Shown piece by piece: positions 47,607-55,847 of a stretch of 64,000 nt of DNA (position 1 is its first letter; each line of letters opens with the position of its first letter). Source of the DNA: Desulfobacteraceae bacterium. Its GTDB lineage: Bacteria; Desulfobacterota; Desulfobacteria; Desulfobacterales; Desulfosarcinaceae. Below the pieces are notes generated by a model. That model made no database searches. It had not been told where the DNA came from and worked only from the letters and a program-made list of their open reading frames with translations. The DNA lies in contig JAAERL010000139.1 in the NCBI GenBank assembly GCA_024230435.1, positions 6,339 through 70,338 on the forward strand. Direction: 5' to 3'. Position numbers and translations under genes: made by a program.

Positions 47607-49187
47607 ATGGGCAATGTTTCCGAACACAGACAAGCAGCGCTTTCGTTAAAAGACTATATCACTATTCTAAAGCGCCGTAAGCGCACTTTTATTATTCCGG
47701 TTATTATTGCTTTGGTTATGGCCTGTGTTTTGGCAATCATGTTGCCTGCTACCTATAAGTCCAGCGCGACCATTCTGATTGAGGAGCAGGAAATACCGAG
47801 TGATTTTGTAAGTGCAACGGTAACCAGTTATGCCGAACAGAGAATTGAGCAGATAAACCAGCGTATTATGAGCACCAACCGGTTAAGCAAAATTATTGAA
47901 CAGTTCGATCTTTATCATGATATACGGCAGAGCCTGGCTACCGAGGAAATTGTCGAAAGGATGCGCGATGCTGTCAATCTGCGCCAAATCAGCGCTGAAG
48001 TGGTTGACCGCCGTACCGGACGTCCAACCACCGCAACAATTGCTTTTGAACTCTCTTTCATGGGCAGAGAAATCCCTGATACTGTGCAAAGAGTAACCAA
48101 TACCCTGGTATCTTTATATCTTCGGGAGAATTTGGAGGTTCGGGAGCGCCAAAGCTCTGAAACTACAAAATTTCTTAAGGATGAAATAGAGCGTGTAAAA
48201 AAAGACCTGCTGAAAGTTGAAGAAGACCTGTCTAAATTCAAAGGAAAACACGTTAATGCTTTACCCGAATTAATGCAAGCCAATACCCAGTCGCTGAGTT
48301 ATGTGGAGCGAAATATTGAACGAGCCCAAGAACAGCTTCGCTCCTTGCAGGAAAGGAAGAGCACATTGCAGGCGGAACTTTCCTCTGTCTCCCCTTATGA
48401 AGGTACGAGCAACAATGAGCTTGAGATAATGGAAAATCAGCTTGCGGAGCTGCGATCGAAGTTCTCGGATAAACACCCGGATGTTATCAATAAATATCAT
48501 GCTGTTGAGGCTTTAAAAAAGAGACTCGAATCGCAAAAGGGACAAGAAACTGCCGAACATGCCAGTAACCCGGCATATGTAACGCTGTCATCCGAATTAT
48601 CCGGTGTCAAGTCCCAGATTAAATCCATGAATAATCAAATCACATCGCTTAACAAAGAACGGGAAAAATATGAGAAGCGAATACAAGAAACTCCGGCAGT
48701 GGAGCAAGAATACAACAATTTAGTATCCGATCAGAGACATAAAAAGGCCAAAATGTCTGATTTGACGCAAAAATATATGGATGCAAAAGTTGCCTATGGT
48801 CTTGAAAAAGGTCGAAAGGGCGAGCGTTTTACCCTGATTGATCCGCCGCGTGTTCCTAAAAAGCCGTTTAAACCGAATCGGCTTGCCATTTTGATAATTG
48901 GAGTGATGTTAGGGCTCGGCGTTGGTTCAGGGTTGACATTATTAAAGGAATTTATGGATGATTCGATTCGGGATGCCGAGATGTTGATAGATTCGACCGG
49001 CATCCCGGTTTTGGGCACTATCCCCACAATCATCACTCCGCAGGATAAACGCCGGCTAAAAGTAAAAAGGAAGATAACGGCTTTTTGCGTTTGCCTGGTC
49101 CTTATTATCGGGGTAATCGTGTTTCATTTCCTGGTGATGGATTTAAGTGTTTTATGGGCGAAAATTGAGCGTAAGTTCATGATATAA
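47607..49187 (+). CDS. polysaccharide chain-length determinant (Wzz/GumC-type, PEP-CTERM-locus subfamily)
   Basis: LKDYITILKRRKRTFIIPV plus an N-terminal TM, a long coiled-coil periplasmic region, and a C-terminal PKKPFKPNRLAILIIGVMLGLGVG TM. ATG 47607 is preferred (AGGTG RBS); 47589 is also possible. Confidence 0.85.
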   Translation: MGNVSEHRQAALSLKDYITILKRRKRTFIIPVIIALVMACVLAIMLPATYKSSATILIEEQEIPSDFVSATVTSYAEQRIEQINQRIMSTNRLSKIIEQFDLYHDIRQSLATEEIVERMRDAVNLRQISAEVVDRRTGRPTTATIAFELSFMGREIPDTVQRVTNTLVSLYLRENLEVRERQSSETTKFLKDEIERVKKDLLKVEEDLSKFKGKHVNALPELMQANTQSLSYVERNIERAQEQLRSLQERKSTLQAELSSVSPYEGTSNNELEIMENQLAELRSKFSDKHPDVINKYHAVEALKKRLESQKGQETAEHASNPAYVTLSSELSGVKSQIKSMNNQITSLNKEREKYEKRIQETPAVEQEYNNLVSDQRHKKAKMSDLTQKYMDAKVAYGLEKGRKGERFTLIDPPRVPKKPFKPNRLAILIIGVMLGLGVGSGLTLLKEFMDDSIRDAEMLIDSTGIPVLGTIPTIITPQDKRRLKVKRKITAFCVCLVLIIGVIVFHFLVMDLSVLWAKIERKFMI

Positions 49188-49251
49188 ATTAGGCAATTAG
49201 AAATTACTGACTTTGGAGCGAACAAAGTGACAGTCAAATGCCAAACAGGCT

Positions 49252-49429
49252 CTAAGGCGATTGGCGGAAAAAGCATAGCATCTTAACAGATACCATATTG
49301 GGCTTAGATTTTTTTTCGTCTTCAAGCCATGCCAAAGTTTGCTGATCAGTTTGCATGTTTAAAGTATTCGCAGCATTGGCATAACACAAAAGACGGGAAA
49401 AAAGACATGCTTAACACAAATCGCCTAAG
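49252..49429 (+). repeat. repeat family A, long copy A6 (variant arms), abutting a family C terminus
   Basis: The sequence reads CCAAACAGGCTCTAAGGCGATTGGCGGAAAAAGC...ATACCATATTGGGCTTAGATTTTTTTTCGTCTTCAAGCCATGCCAAAGTTTGCTGATCAGTTTGCAT...AAATCGCCTAAG, where the first 11 nt (49241-49251, CCAAACAGGCT) are the abutting family C terminus. Confidence 0.8.
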
Positions 49430-49530
49430 TTCGCGCCGGTCCATAAATGTCCAATTGCGCCGATGGATACAAGTTGATTGCAAATTAGGTCATTGTGGCA
49501 GCGGTGGCAGGGTAAAAGGAACATATACTC

Positions 49531-50322
49531 ATGGTTGACATGGTCAAGGTTTTTGAACAGCACGCACAGCAGCGCAAATCGTTGGTTGTACGAGGGGCCA
49601 AGTACGGTTCTGATTCAATGCAACTGCAAGGTTTAACAGGTATTGTATCTCCAACATATTCAGTTTCCAGAACTGTGGAGATTGATTGGCGCGCAATTGA
49701 ACAGTATCGATGTATCGGATTTATACCCGAAGCTGAACAAAACGATTATTATAAAATGCTGCGCGCCCAGATCAGCAAGCGATTGCAAGCAATCAATGGC
49801 AACACGATGATGATCACTAGTCTTCACCCGGGTGAGGGCAAGACTCTGACGGCCATCAACCTGTCGGCCATGTTTGCAAAGGAGTTTCATCGAACGGTTT
49901 TGCTGGTGGACGCGGATTTGCGTAAACAATCCATTCAACATTATTTTGGATTCAAGGGGCATCGAGGATTGGGGGATTATCTTTTGGATAGTTGCCCAAT
50001 CGAGGATATTATTGTCTGGCCCCAAATTGAAAAATTGACTCTTATCTCCGGCGGAAAAACATTCACGGAGAGTGCGGAATTGCTCAATTCACTGTATATG
50101 CGGGCTTTGGCGGAAGAAATGAAAAATCGTTACAAGGACCGGTATGTGATATTTGATGTGCCGCATTTGTTAGGCATGGCGGACGCTGTTGAATTTTCAT
50201 CAAGTGTGGACGGTATCATTATTGTAGTGGCTGAAGGAAAAACTCCCCAGTCTGATGTTCGCAGGGCTTTAAGTTTAATTCCACGCAATAAAATACTTGG
50301 GTTTGTGTTTAACAAAACATAG
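49531..50322 (+). CDS. BY-kinase-fold P-loop ATPase (EpsG-like, exopolysaccharide/PEP-CTERM locus tyrosine autokinase family)
   Basis: Walker A ITSLHPGEGKTLTAINLS, Walker A' LLVDADLRK and Walker B-like YVIFDVPH. 263 aa, located downstream of the chain-length determinant. Confidence 0.8.
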   Translation: MVDMVKVFEQHAQQRKSLVVRGAKYGSDSMQLQGLTGIVSPTYSVSRTVEIDWRAIEQYRCIGFIPEAEQNDYYKMLRAQISKRLQAINGNTMMITSLHPGEGKTLTAINLSAMFAKEFHRTVLLVDADLRKQSIQHYFGFKGHRGLGDYLLDSCPIEDIIVWPQIEKLTLISGGKTFTESAELLNSLYMRALAEEMKNRYKDRYVIFDVPHLLGMADAVEFSSSVDGIIIVVAEGKTPQSDVRRALSLIPRNKILGFVFNKT

Positions 50323-50480
50323 TTGAAAATAGAGTTTTTCCCGCACGGTTATTTATTTGATTCCCATTTCTTAGATTTTGGCATCTTCCACGCGCCATAG
50401 ATCATAATGGCCAAAGTTATAGCCAAACAAAAAATTTACAAATAAAAATTAGAAAAATATAAGGCGATTTATTGTAAAAA

Positions 50481-50514
50481 GGTCATGCGCCTCAGGCGCA
50501 TGGCCTTTTTTTTT
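50481..50514. terminator. bidirectional rho-independent terminator
   Basis: GGTCATGCGCC-TCA-GGCGCATGGCC hairpin (11-bp stem with one G-U pair) followed by T9 on the plus strand and preceded by A5. It sits between convergent genes ending at 50322 (+) and 50577 (-). Confidence 0.7.
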
Positions 50515-50576
50515 CAATTTAGGCGATTGGCCGTAAAGCCCGGAAGCTTTAGCTTTGGCAGTACGTCAACCGAGCG

Positions 50577-52940
50577 TCAAGCGTTACAGGAGTTAATCAC
50601 ATTAGTGAGTTTTTCCGACAAGACAACCAGAGAAAATGGTTTTTGAAGGAAACCGTAGGCTCCGGCTTTCAGGAGTTTTTTGACGGGCTCATCGATTGCG
50701 TATCCGCTGCATAATATAATTTTCAGATTGGGGCGTATGGCAATCAGTTTATGAAACAGCTTGTCACCGTCAATGTCCGGCAACCGCATATCCAGCAAGA
50801 CCGCGTCAATAACGCCTTGATAGGATTCCAATAAATCAGTGGCCTGCTGACCGGTGGCCGCTCCCAACGGTTTGTAGTTCAAACGCGATAACCGTTGATG
50901 GATCGCTTTCATTAATTGGGTTTCATCTTCCACTACTAAAATTGTGGCGCCTTGTCCATTTGAAGTTTCTGCGGGCGGATCAATTTTGGGGCTACGGGCC
51001 GGCTGAACCTTAGGCAGATAGATGCGAACGTTTGTTCCCTTGGCTGGTTTTGATTCAATGTTGAGCCAGCCGCCGTGGCAGTCGATGATGCCATAAACGG
51101 CGCTGAGACCCAGGCCGCGCCCGATAAATTTTGTCGTGAAAAAGGGATCAAAAACTTTTTTGAGGGTGTTTTCGTCCATACCGCAGCCCTCATCGGAAAC
51201 TTCAAGCAATACGTATTGTCCCGCGGTCAGTTTTGGATGGTCCGTTAATTGGTTTGCGGAAAAATTTTCATTGCGAGCACAAACCCGGATACGGCCCGGA
51301 CCCTCTGTAGCCTCGGCCGCATTTTTCACCAATGCCAGCAAAACCATCTGCAATTGTGTTGTATCCGCGTTTACAAATCCCGTATTCGTTGACAAGTCCG
51401 TTTCAATGCGGATATTGCCGGGAACATTTTCGCGGATCAGGCTCAATGCGCTGTCCACAAATTCCGCCAGGTTTATATGATGTGCTTCGTATTGCCCTCC
51501 CTTTGCATAGGCGAGCAATTGTTGGGTCAAATTGGCCATTCGTTTCACCTGCTCGAAGATAGCCGAAATATTTTCGGATGATTTTCCAATTTTTTTTATA
51601 TCCATATGCAACAGTTCGACATAACCTACCAATCCGGCCAGGGCATTATTGAATTGATGCGCCACTCCGCCGGCCAGTGTGGCGATGGAATCCAATCTGC
51701 GGGCTTCCATGATTTGGGCCTGCAGTTGTTTATAATCGGTAATGTCGAAAATGATTCCCTGCAGCGCGGAGCTTTCACCGTTGATGCAGCAAATGTTTTG
51801 AGCATGCTCGCGCACCCAGCGCAATTGCCCCTTAATATCCTGAATACGATATTCAATGGAAAGAAATTTTTCTTCTTTTGCGTTGATGTCCGAGCGCATG
51901 GTATCAAAAATGTGTCTGTCATTGGGGTAGATAAGTTCTTGCCATGCCGGCTCGGCTTTTTGAAGGTCATCGATGCTGTAGCCGGTAATCGATTCCACGG
52001 CGCCGTGAAAAAAAATGGGGGTGCCATCGGTCTTTTGCTGATAAGCGATCCCTTTCAGGCTTTGAATAAAGGATCGGAAGCGGGCTTCACTGTTCTTTAA
52101 AGCTACTTCGGCAAGTTTGCGTTCCGTGATATCACTTAGAATAATGAGTGTTTGGGGTTGGCCCTTATTGGGGTCGAAAATCGATTTGGCCTCTATCTGG
52201 GCCTCAAATTTGGAACCATCTGTCCGGTGCATGGTTATTTCGCAACTAATGGAATGGTTTTCCCGGATTGCGTTAACGCAGCATGCATAGGAGTCAATAT
52301 TTTCCGGAGCGACAAAATTTATAAAGGGTTGCTGATCCAACTCACCCGGTTTTTTTTGCAACAGTTCGGCTGCCCTGTGATTCGCCTCAATAATTAATCC
52401 CGCACTGTCAACGGTTACGTAGCTCACCGGGGCATTATGATACAGATCCTGGTAACGGTGGCGTGACGATTCCAATGCCTTTTGGGTTATGCGCAATTCC
52501 TGGTTTTGGTCTTCAAGGCTATCCTGGCGATTTTGAAGCTGCTCCATCAACCGGTCGTTTTCATTTACCAGTCGCCCGTGTTCAAGGGCCATGGCGGTAA
52601 CCCGCAAAAGATCGGAGCGGCTTTGAGGTTTGGTCAAAAAATCATAAGCACCTAAATCTTTAAGTGCCAACACCGCCATATCTAAAGTGGCGTGACCGGT
52701 TAGAATGATAACAGGAACATTGGGGGTAATTGATTTAATGGTCTTTAAAACATCCATGCCGTCCATGCCCGGCATGCGGATATCCGTGATTACACAGTCG
52801 GCATGGTGTTTTTTGAACAGTTCGACAGCCTCATCGCCTCTTGAAGCGCAACTGACCTTATAGCCGGCTTTGCTGAGGATTTTTTGTAACACCTCTAAAA
52901 CATCGGATTCATCGTCAGCAACGATAATATGTTGCGCCAT
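50577..52940 (-). CDS. hybrid sensor histidine kinase/response regulator (REC-coiled coil-PAS-PAS-HisKA-HATPase-REC)
   Basis: N-terminal REC (IIVADDE...ITDIRMPGMDG), two PAS-like regions, an H-box GGVAHQFNNAL, the G-boxes DEGCGM and GRGLGLS, and a C-terminal REC (ILVVEDE...LLDMRLPDIDG). Confidence 0.9.
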   Translation of the reverse strand: MAQHIIVADDESDVLEVLQKILSKAGYKVSCASRGDEAVELFKKHHADCVITDIRMPGMDGMDVLKTIKSITPNVPVIILTGHATLDMAVLALKDLGAYDFLTKPQSRSDLLRVTAMALEHGRLVNENDRLMEQLQNRQDSLEDQNQELRITQKALESSRHRYQDLYHNAPVSYVTVDSAGLIIEANHRAAELLQKKPGELDQQPFINFVAPENIDSYACCVNAIRENHSISCEITMHRTDGSKFEAQIEAKSIFDPNKGQPQTLIILSDITERKLAEVALKNSEARFRSFIQSLKGIAYQQKTDGTPIFFHGAVESITGYSIDDLQKAEPAWQELIYPNDRHIFDTMRSDINAKEEKFLSIEYRIQDIKGQLRWVREHAQNICCINGESSALQGIIFDITDYKQLQAQIMEARRLDSIATLAGGVAHQFNNALAGLVGYVELLHMDIKKIGKSSENISAIFEQVKRMANLTQQLLAYAKGGQYEAHHINLAEFVDSALSLIRENVPGNIRIETDLSTNTGFVNADTTQLQMVLLALVKNAAEATEGPGRIRVCARNENFSANQLTDHPKLTAGQYVLLEVSDEGCGMDENTLKKVFDPFFTTKFIGRGLGLSAVYGIIDCHGGWLNIESKPAKGTNVRIYLPKVQPARSPKIDPPAETSNGQGATILVVEDETQLMKAIHQRLSRLNYKPLGAATGQQATDLLESYQGVIDAVLLDMRLPDIDGDKLFHKLIAIRPNLKIILCSGYAIDEPVKKLLKAGAYGFLQKPFSLVVLSEKLTNVINSCNA

Positions 52941-53159
52941 ACCGCCTCTTTGGATTGCCCCTTATTAAAAACTGCGGGAAAGAATCCAGGACAAGAATGC
53001 CGAATTCAAAAAGCGGGTCTGATTGAGGGACCATATTGGTTTATGTTATTGCAGTTGCCTGATTAACAATAGATATTAATCAGACTGGCGGAAGAATTCA
53101 AGTCTTGATCAGATTTATTGCTTTTTTGCATTAATTTTTCTTTTTTTTAATACCCTGCT

Positions 53160-53238
53160 TTAAGGCGATTTATGTTAAATAATATACCATATTGGGTATA
53201 GCATATTGGGATTAGATTTTTTTGCGCCAATCGCCTAA
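53160..53238. repeat. repeat family A, short hairpin form (termini only)
   Basis: TTAAGGCGATTTATGTTAAATAATATACCATATTGGG...TTAGATTTTTTTGCGCCAATCGCCTAA. Confidence 0.65.
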
Positions 53239-53307
53239 CAAGCAAATACTTGATGCTTTTTGCCGCCAGCAAAAGGCGCTGGTCTAAATTCGGTATGATT
53301 TTTTTCA

Positions 53308-53399
53308 GTGTCCAGATTTAAGTGTCCAGATTTAAGTGTCCAGATTTAAGTGTCCAGATTTAAGTGTCCAGATTTAAGTGTCAGGATTTAAGTGTCAGG
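53308..53399. repeat. 14-bp tandem repeat, about 6.5 units
   Basis: GTGTCCAGATTTAA occurs as 5 perfect units (53308-53377), then the variant GTGTCAGGATTTAA and a partial GTGTCAGG. Non-coding, in a divergent intergenic region. Confidence 0.95.
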
Positions 53400-53664
53400 C
53401 AAAACCGGTCACAATGCAAAAAATAGGGCACAGTACAGATAGAAAAATAGAATTTTTTTTGATTTTGCAGTATTTGTCATAAAACTGCGTCTGTTTCCGA
53501 AGCCGTGGCCGAGTCTTTCGAAATCCGGGTTGAGTATAATGTTTGTCAGTGTTAATCGAGTTGTAAAACTCAAAAAAATTAATTTTTCTATTCCAGCTAT
53601 TAACGCCTATTGCATAAAAAAACTTGAGTATTGCTGTGTGTTTTGTTTTATAAAGTTTTTAGGA

Positions 53665-53752
53665 TTAGGCGATTGGCGAAAAAAAATGTATCATATTGTA
53701 CGGAAAAAAAGACAAGCAAGATGGTATTCTCTTTGATTGCAAATCGTTTAAG
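53665..53752 (+). repeat. repeat family A, short form
   Basis: TTAGGCGATTGGCGAAAAAAAATGTATCATATTGTACGGAAAAAAAGACAAGCAAGATGGTATTCTCTTTGATTGCAAATCGTTTAAG. Confidence 0.65.
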
Positions 53753-53952
53753 AGTTTTGGAGGCTGCAAATCACCCCTTCCCACATGTTTTTGAATTCGT
53801 TTTTTCTGATGCATTAACAGGCTCTTAGCTCAAACGTATGTCACACGGCATGTAAAACGCATTTCTGTGGTACCTATTTTTCGAGCGTTTTGATTTAGGC
53901 CGGATTTTCCAATTCCTGAATAATCACTAAATACTTTAAATAGAAAAAAACT

Positions 53953-55647
53953 ATGACAGATAATATTAAAAATCAGACATTGGTAAATTTTATCGGCAAA
54001 AAGGCATATCTGGTCAAATATCCCGTAGAGTCATTTTCAAAGCCGATTTCAATTTTTGCCGAAAAGACCTACATTGGTAACGATCCTGACAATGCGGTTT
54101 ATATTCCTAGCACGGGCGTATCCGAAAAACATGCGGTTATTACCAAAATTGAAGAGCATTTTTATCTGACCGATAACGCATCCCGGCTTGGAACGTATTT
54201 GAATGGGAACAAGGTTCAGGAAAAGCGTCTGACGCATCATGACAGACTTACCATTGGCGGCCAAAGTTATTTGTTTTTACTGGAATTGGGCCACTCAGAT
54301 GATTCGGCGCTGGATACCCTTTTTACGGCTACGGATACAATTTCCCTCAGTGAAGAAGAAATCGATTTTTCCGAACTTTTGGCTCAAAACGCCGACAGCG
54401 CCGCACGCGGGTTATTCAGGCAAACCGATACGGATCATTATAGCCAAACGTCTAGTTCGGACAGGGCATATCAACGATTGTCCCTTTTGTATCAACTCAG
54501 TGAAAAATTGCGTTCCACAAGGGATCTTGACGATATTTTAGAAAAGGGCCTCGATCTGATTTTTCAAGCGATTCCAGCAGCGTCATGTTCGCTGATTATG
54601 CTTAAATCCCCCATTGAAGGCTCGCTGGAAGTTCGGGCATTTAAAACCCTTAACAGCCGTCATGGCGCCAGCACCGGCGAAGTGCTCAACATCAGCCGCA
54701 CCTTGCTCGATTGGGTTCTTACGGAAAAAATTGCCCTGGTCAGCCAGGATGTGACCGAAGACATGCGCCTGGAAGAATCTGAGTCCATACGAATCCAAAA
54801 TGTTAATTCAATTATTTGCGTTCCCATGATTCGCCAAGAAAAGGTCGTTGGCGTGCTGTATGTGGATTCGAACACCGTGATCAATCCTCTGGTGCAAGAA
54901 GATGCTATTTTTGCCGCTGCCGTAGCCAATGAAATGGCTCTTTGTATTGAAAATACACGGCTCCAGCAACAGGCCCTTCGAAATGAACGCATGGCCGCCA
55001 TCGGCATGACAGTTGCGAATTTAGCACACAATATCAGAAATTTAATCGCCCTGAACCAAAGCGCGGTTGATCTTATGGGGATGCATTTAAGCAAAATTGA
55101 CAATCCAAAAATTAAAAAGAACTGGCAATGGATCAAACAAAGCTTTGACGGCATTAACCAATTATCATTTGGAATGCTCGAATATGCCAAGGCAGATAAG
55201 ATTGTACTTGAACTGACCGATATCAACCAGATGATTAACAGCGCCCGCGGCTTAATTGTTCGCGATGGCATTGAGTTTGATTTTCAGTTAGCGCCTGAAA
55301 ACCCGAAATGGATGATAGACTCGACTCAGTGTCACCGGGCGCTGTTGAATCTGGTGGTTAACGCCATACATGCGGTAAAAGACTGCGAAAAAGCACAAAT
55401 CAGAATATTTACGAAATTAGATGAAGGCAACCGTTTGATTATCGGAGTTACGGATAATGGGTGCGGTATTATGCCGGAAAAACAGGAAAAGGTTTTTCAA
55501 CTGTTTTTTACCACCAAAGGCACGGAAGGTACGGGGCTGGGGCTGCCGATGGTCCAAAAGCTTATCGAGCGAATGGGCGGCGAACTCACATTTAATTCAA
55601 AGGCGGGGATAGGCTCTGTTTTCAAAATGGTTTTTTCAAAAAACTGA
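53953..55647 (+). CDS. FHA domain - GAF domain - histidine kinase
   Basis: FHA pattern (TYIGNDPDNAVYIPSTGVSEKHAVI...FYLTDNASRLGTYLNGNKV...LTHHDRLTIGGQSYLF), a central GAF-like region, an H-box NLAHNIRNL, and an ATPase domain with DNGCGI and GTGLGLPMV. Confidence 0.85.
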   Translation: MTDNIKNQTLVNFIGKKAYLVKYPVESFSKPISIFAEKTYIGNDPDNAVYIPSTGVSEKHAVITKIEEHFYLTDNASRLGTYLNGNKVQEKRLTHHDRLTIGGQSYLFLLELGHSDDSALDTLFTATDTISLSEEEIDFSELLAQNADSAARGLFRQTDTDHYSQTSSSDRAYQRLSLLYQLSEKLRSTRDLDDILEKGLDLIFQAIPAASCSLIMLKSPIEGSLEVRAFKTLNSRHGASTGEVLNISRTLLDWVLTEKIALVSQDVTEDMRLEESESIRIQNVNSIICVPMIRQEKVVGVLYVDSNTVINPLVQEDAIFAAAVANEMALCIENTRLQQQALRNERMAAIGMTVANLAHNIRNLIALNQSAVDLMGMHLSKIDNPKIKKNWQWIKQSFDGINQLSFGMLEYAKADKIVLELTDINQMINSARGLIVRDGIEFDFQLAPENPKWMIDSTQCHRALLNLVVNAIHAVKDCEKAQIRIFTKLDEGNRLIIGVTDNGCGIMPEKQEKVFQLFFTTKGTEGTGLGLPMVQKLIERMGGELTFNSKAGIGSVFKMVFSKN

Positions 55648-55709
55648 TAGCGGTCTCAAATCCATAACACTATATTTGCGGCTTAACGGAACCCTGAAAG
55701 AGCGCAAGA

Positions 55710-55771
55710 TAAGGCGATTGGCGGAAAAAAGACAAACAAGATAGTATATTCTCTAACACAAATCGCCAAAG
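55710..55771 (+). repeat. repeat family A, short form
   Basis: TAAGGCGATTGGCGGAAAAAAGACAAACAAGATAGTATATTCTCTAACACAAATCGCCAAAG has the same deletion architecture as 34951-35013. Confidence 0.7.
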
Positions 55772-55814
55772 AGCTTGTTTGCTAAAATCTTCTATTTTCC
55801 AAACAGGCTCTAAG
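55768..55814. repeat. repeat family C, minimal form (termini only)
   Basis: AAAGAGCTTGTTTG, 17 nt, then CCAAACAGGCTCTAAG. It overlaps the end of the adjacent short A copy. Confidence 0.55.
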
Positions 55815-55847
55815 AGCCCCTTAAAAAAAAGGGGAGGAGAAAATCCC

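Noticed and set aside
53308-53399. Possible CRISPR array
   Set aside because: The 14-bp units are directly adjacent with no spacers, they are far shorter than CRISPR repeats, and no cas genes are present. This is a simple tandem repeat.
53535-53540. Perfect TATAAT box as the promoter for the FHA-GAF kinase
   Set aside because: No acceptable -35 sits at 17-nt spacing (AGTCTT), and the box lies about 410 nt from the start codon. A lone hexamer in AT-rich DNA is not evidence.
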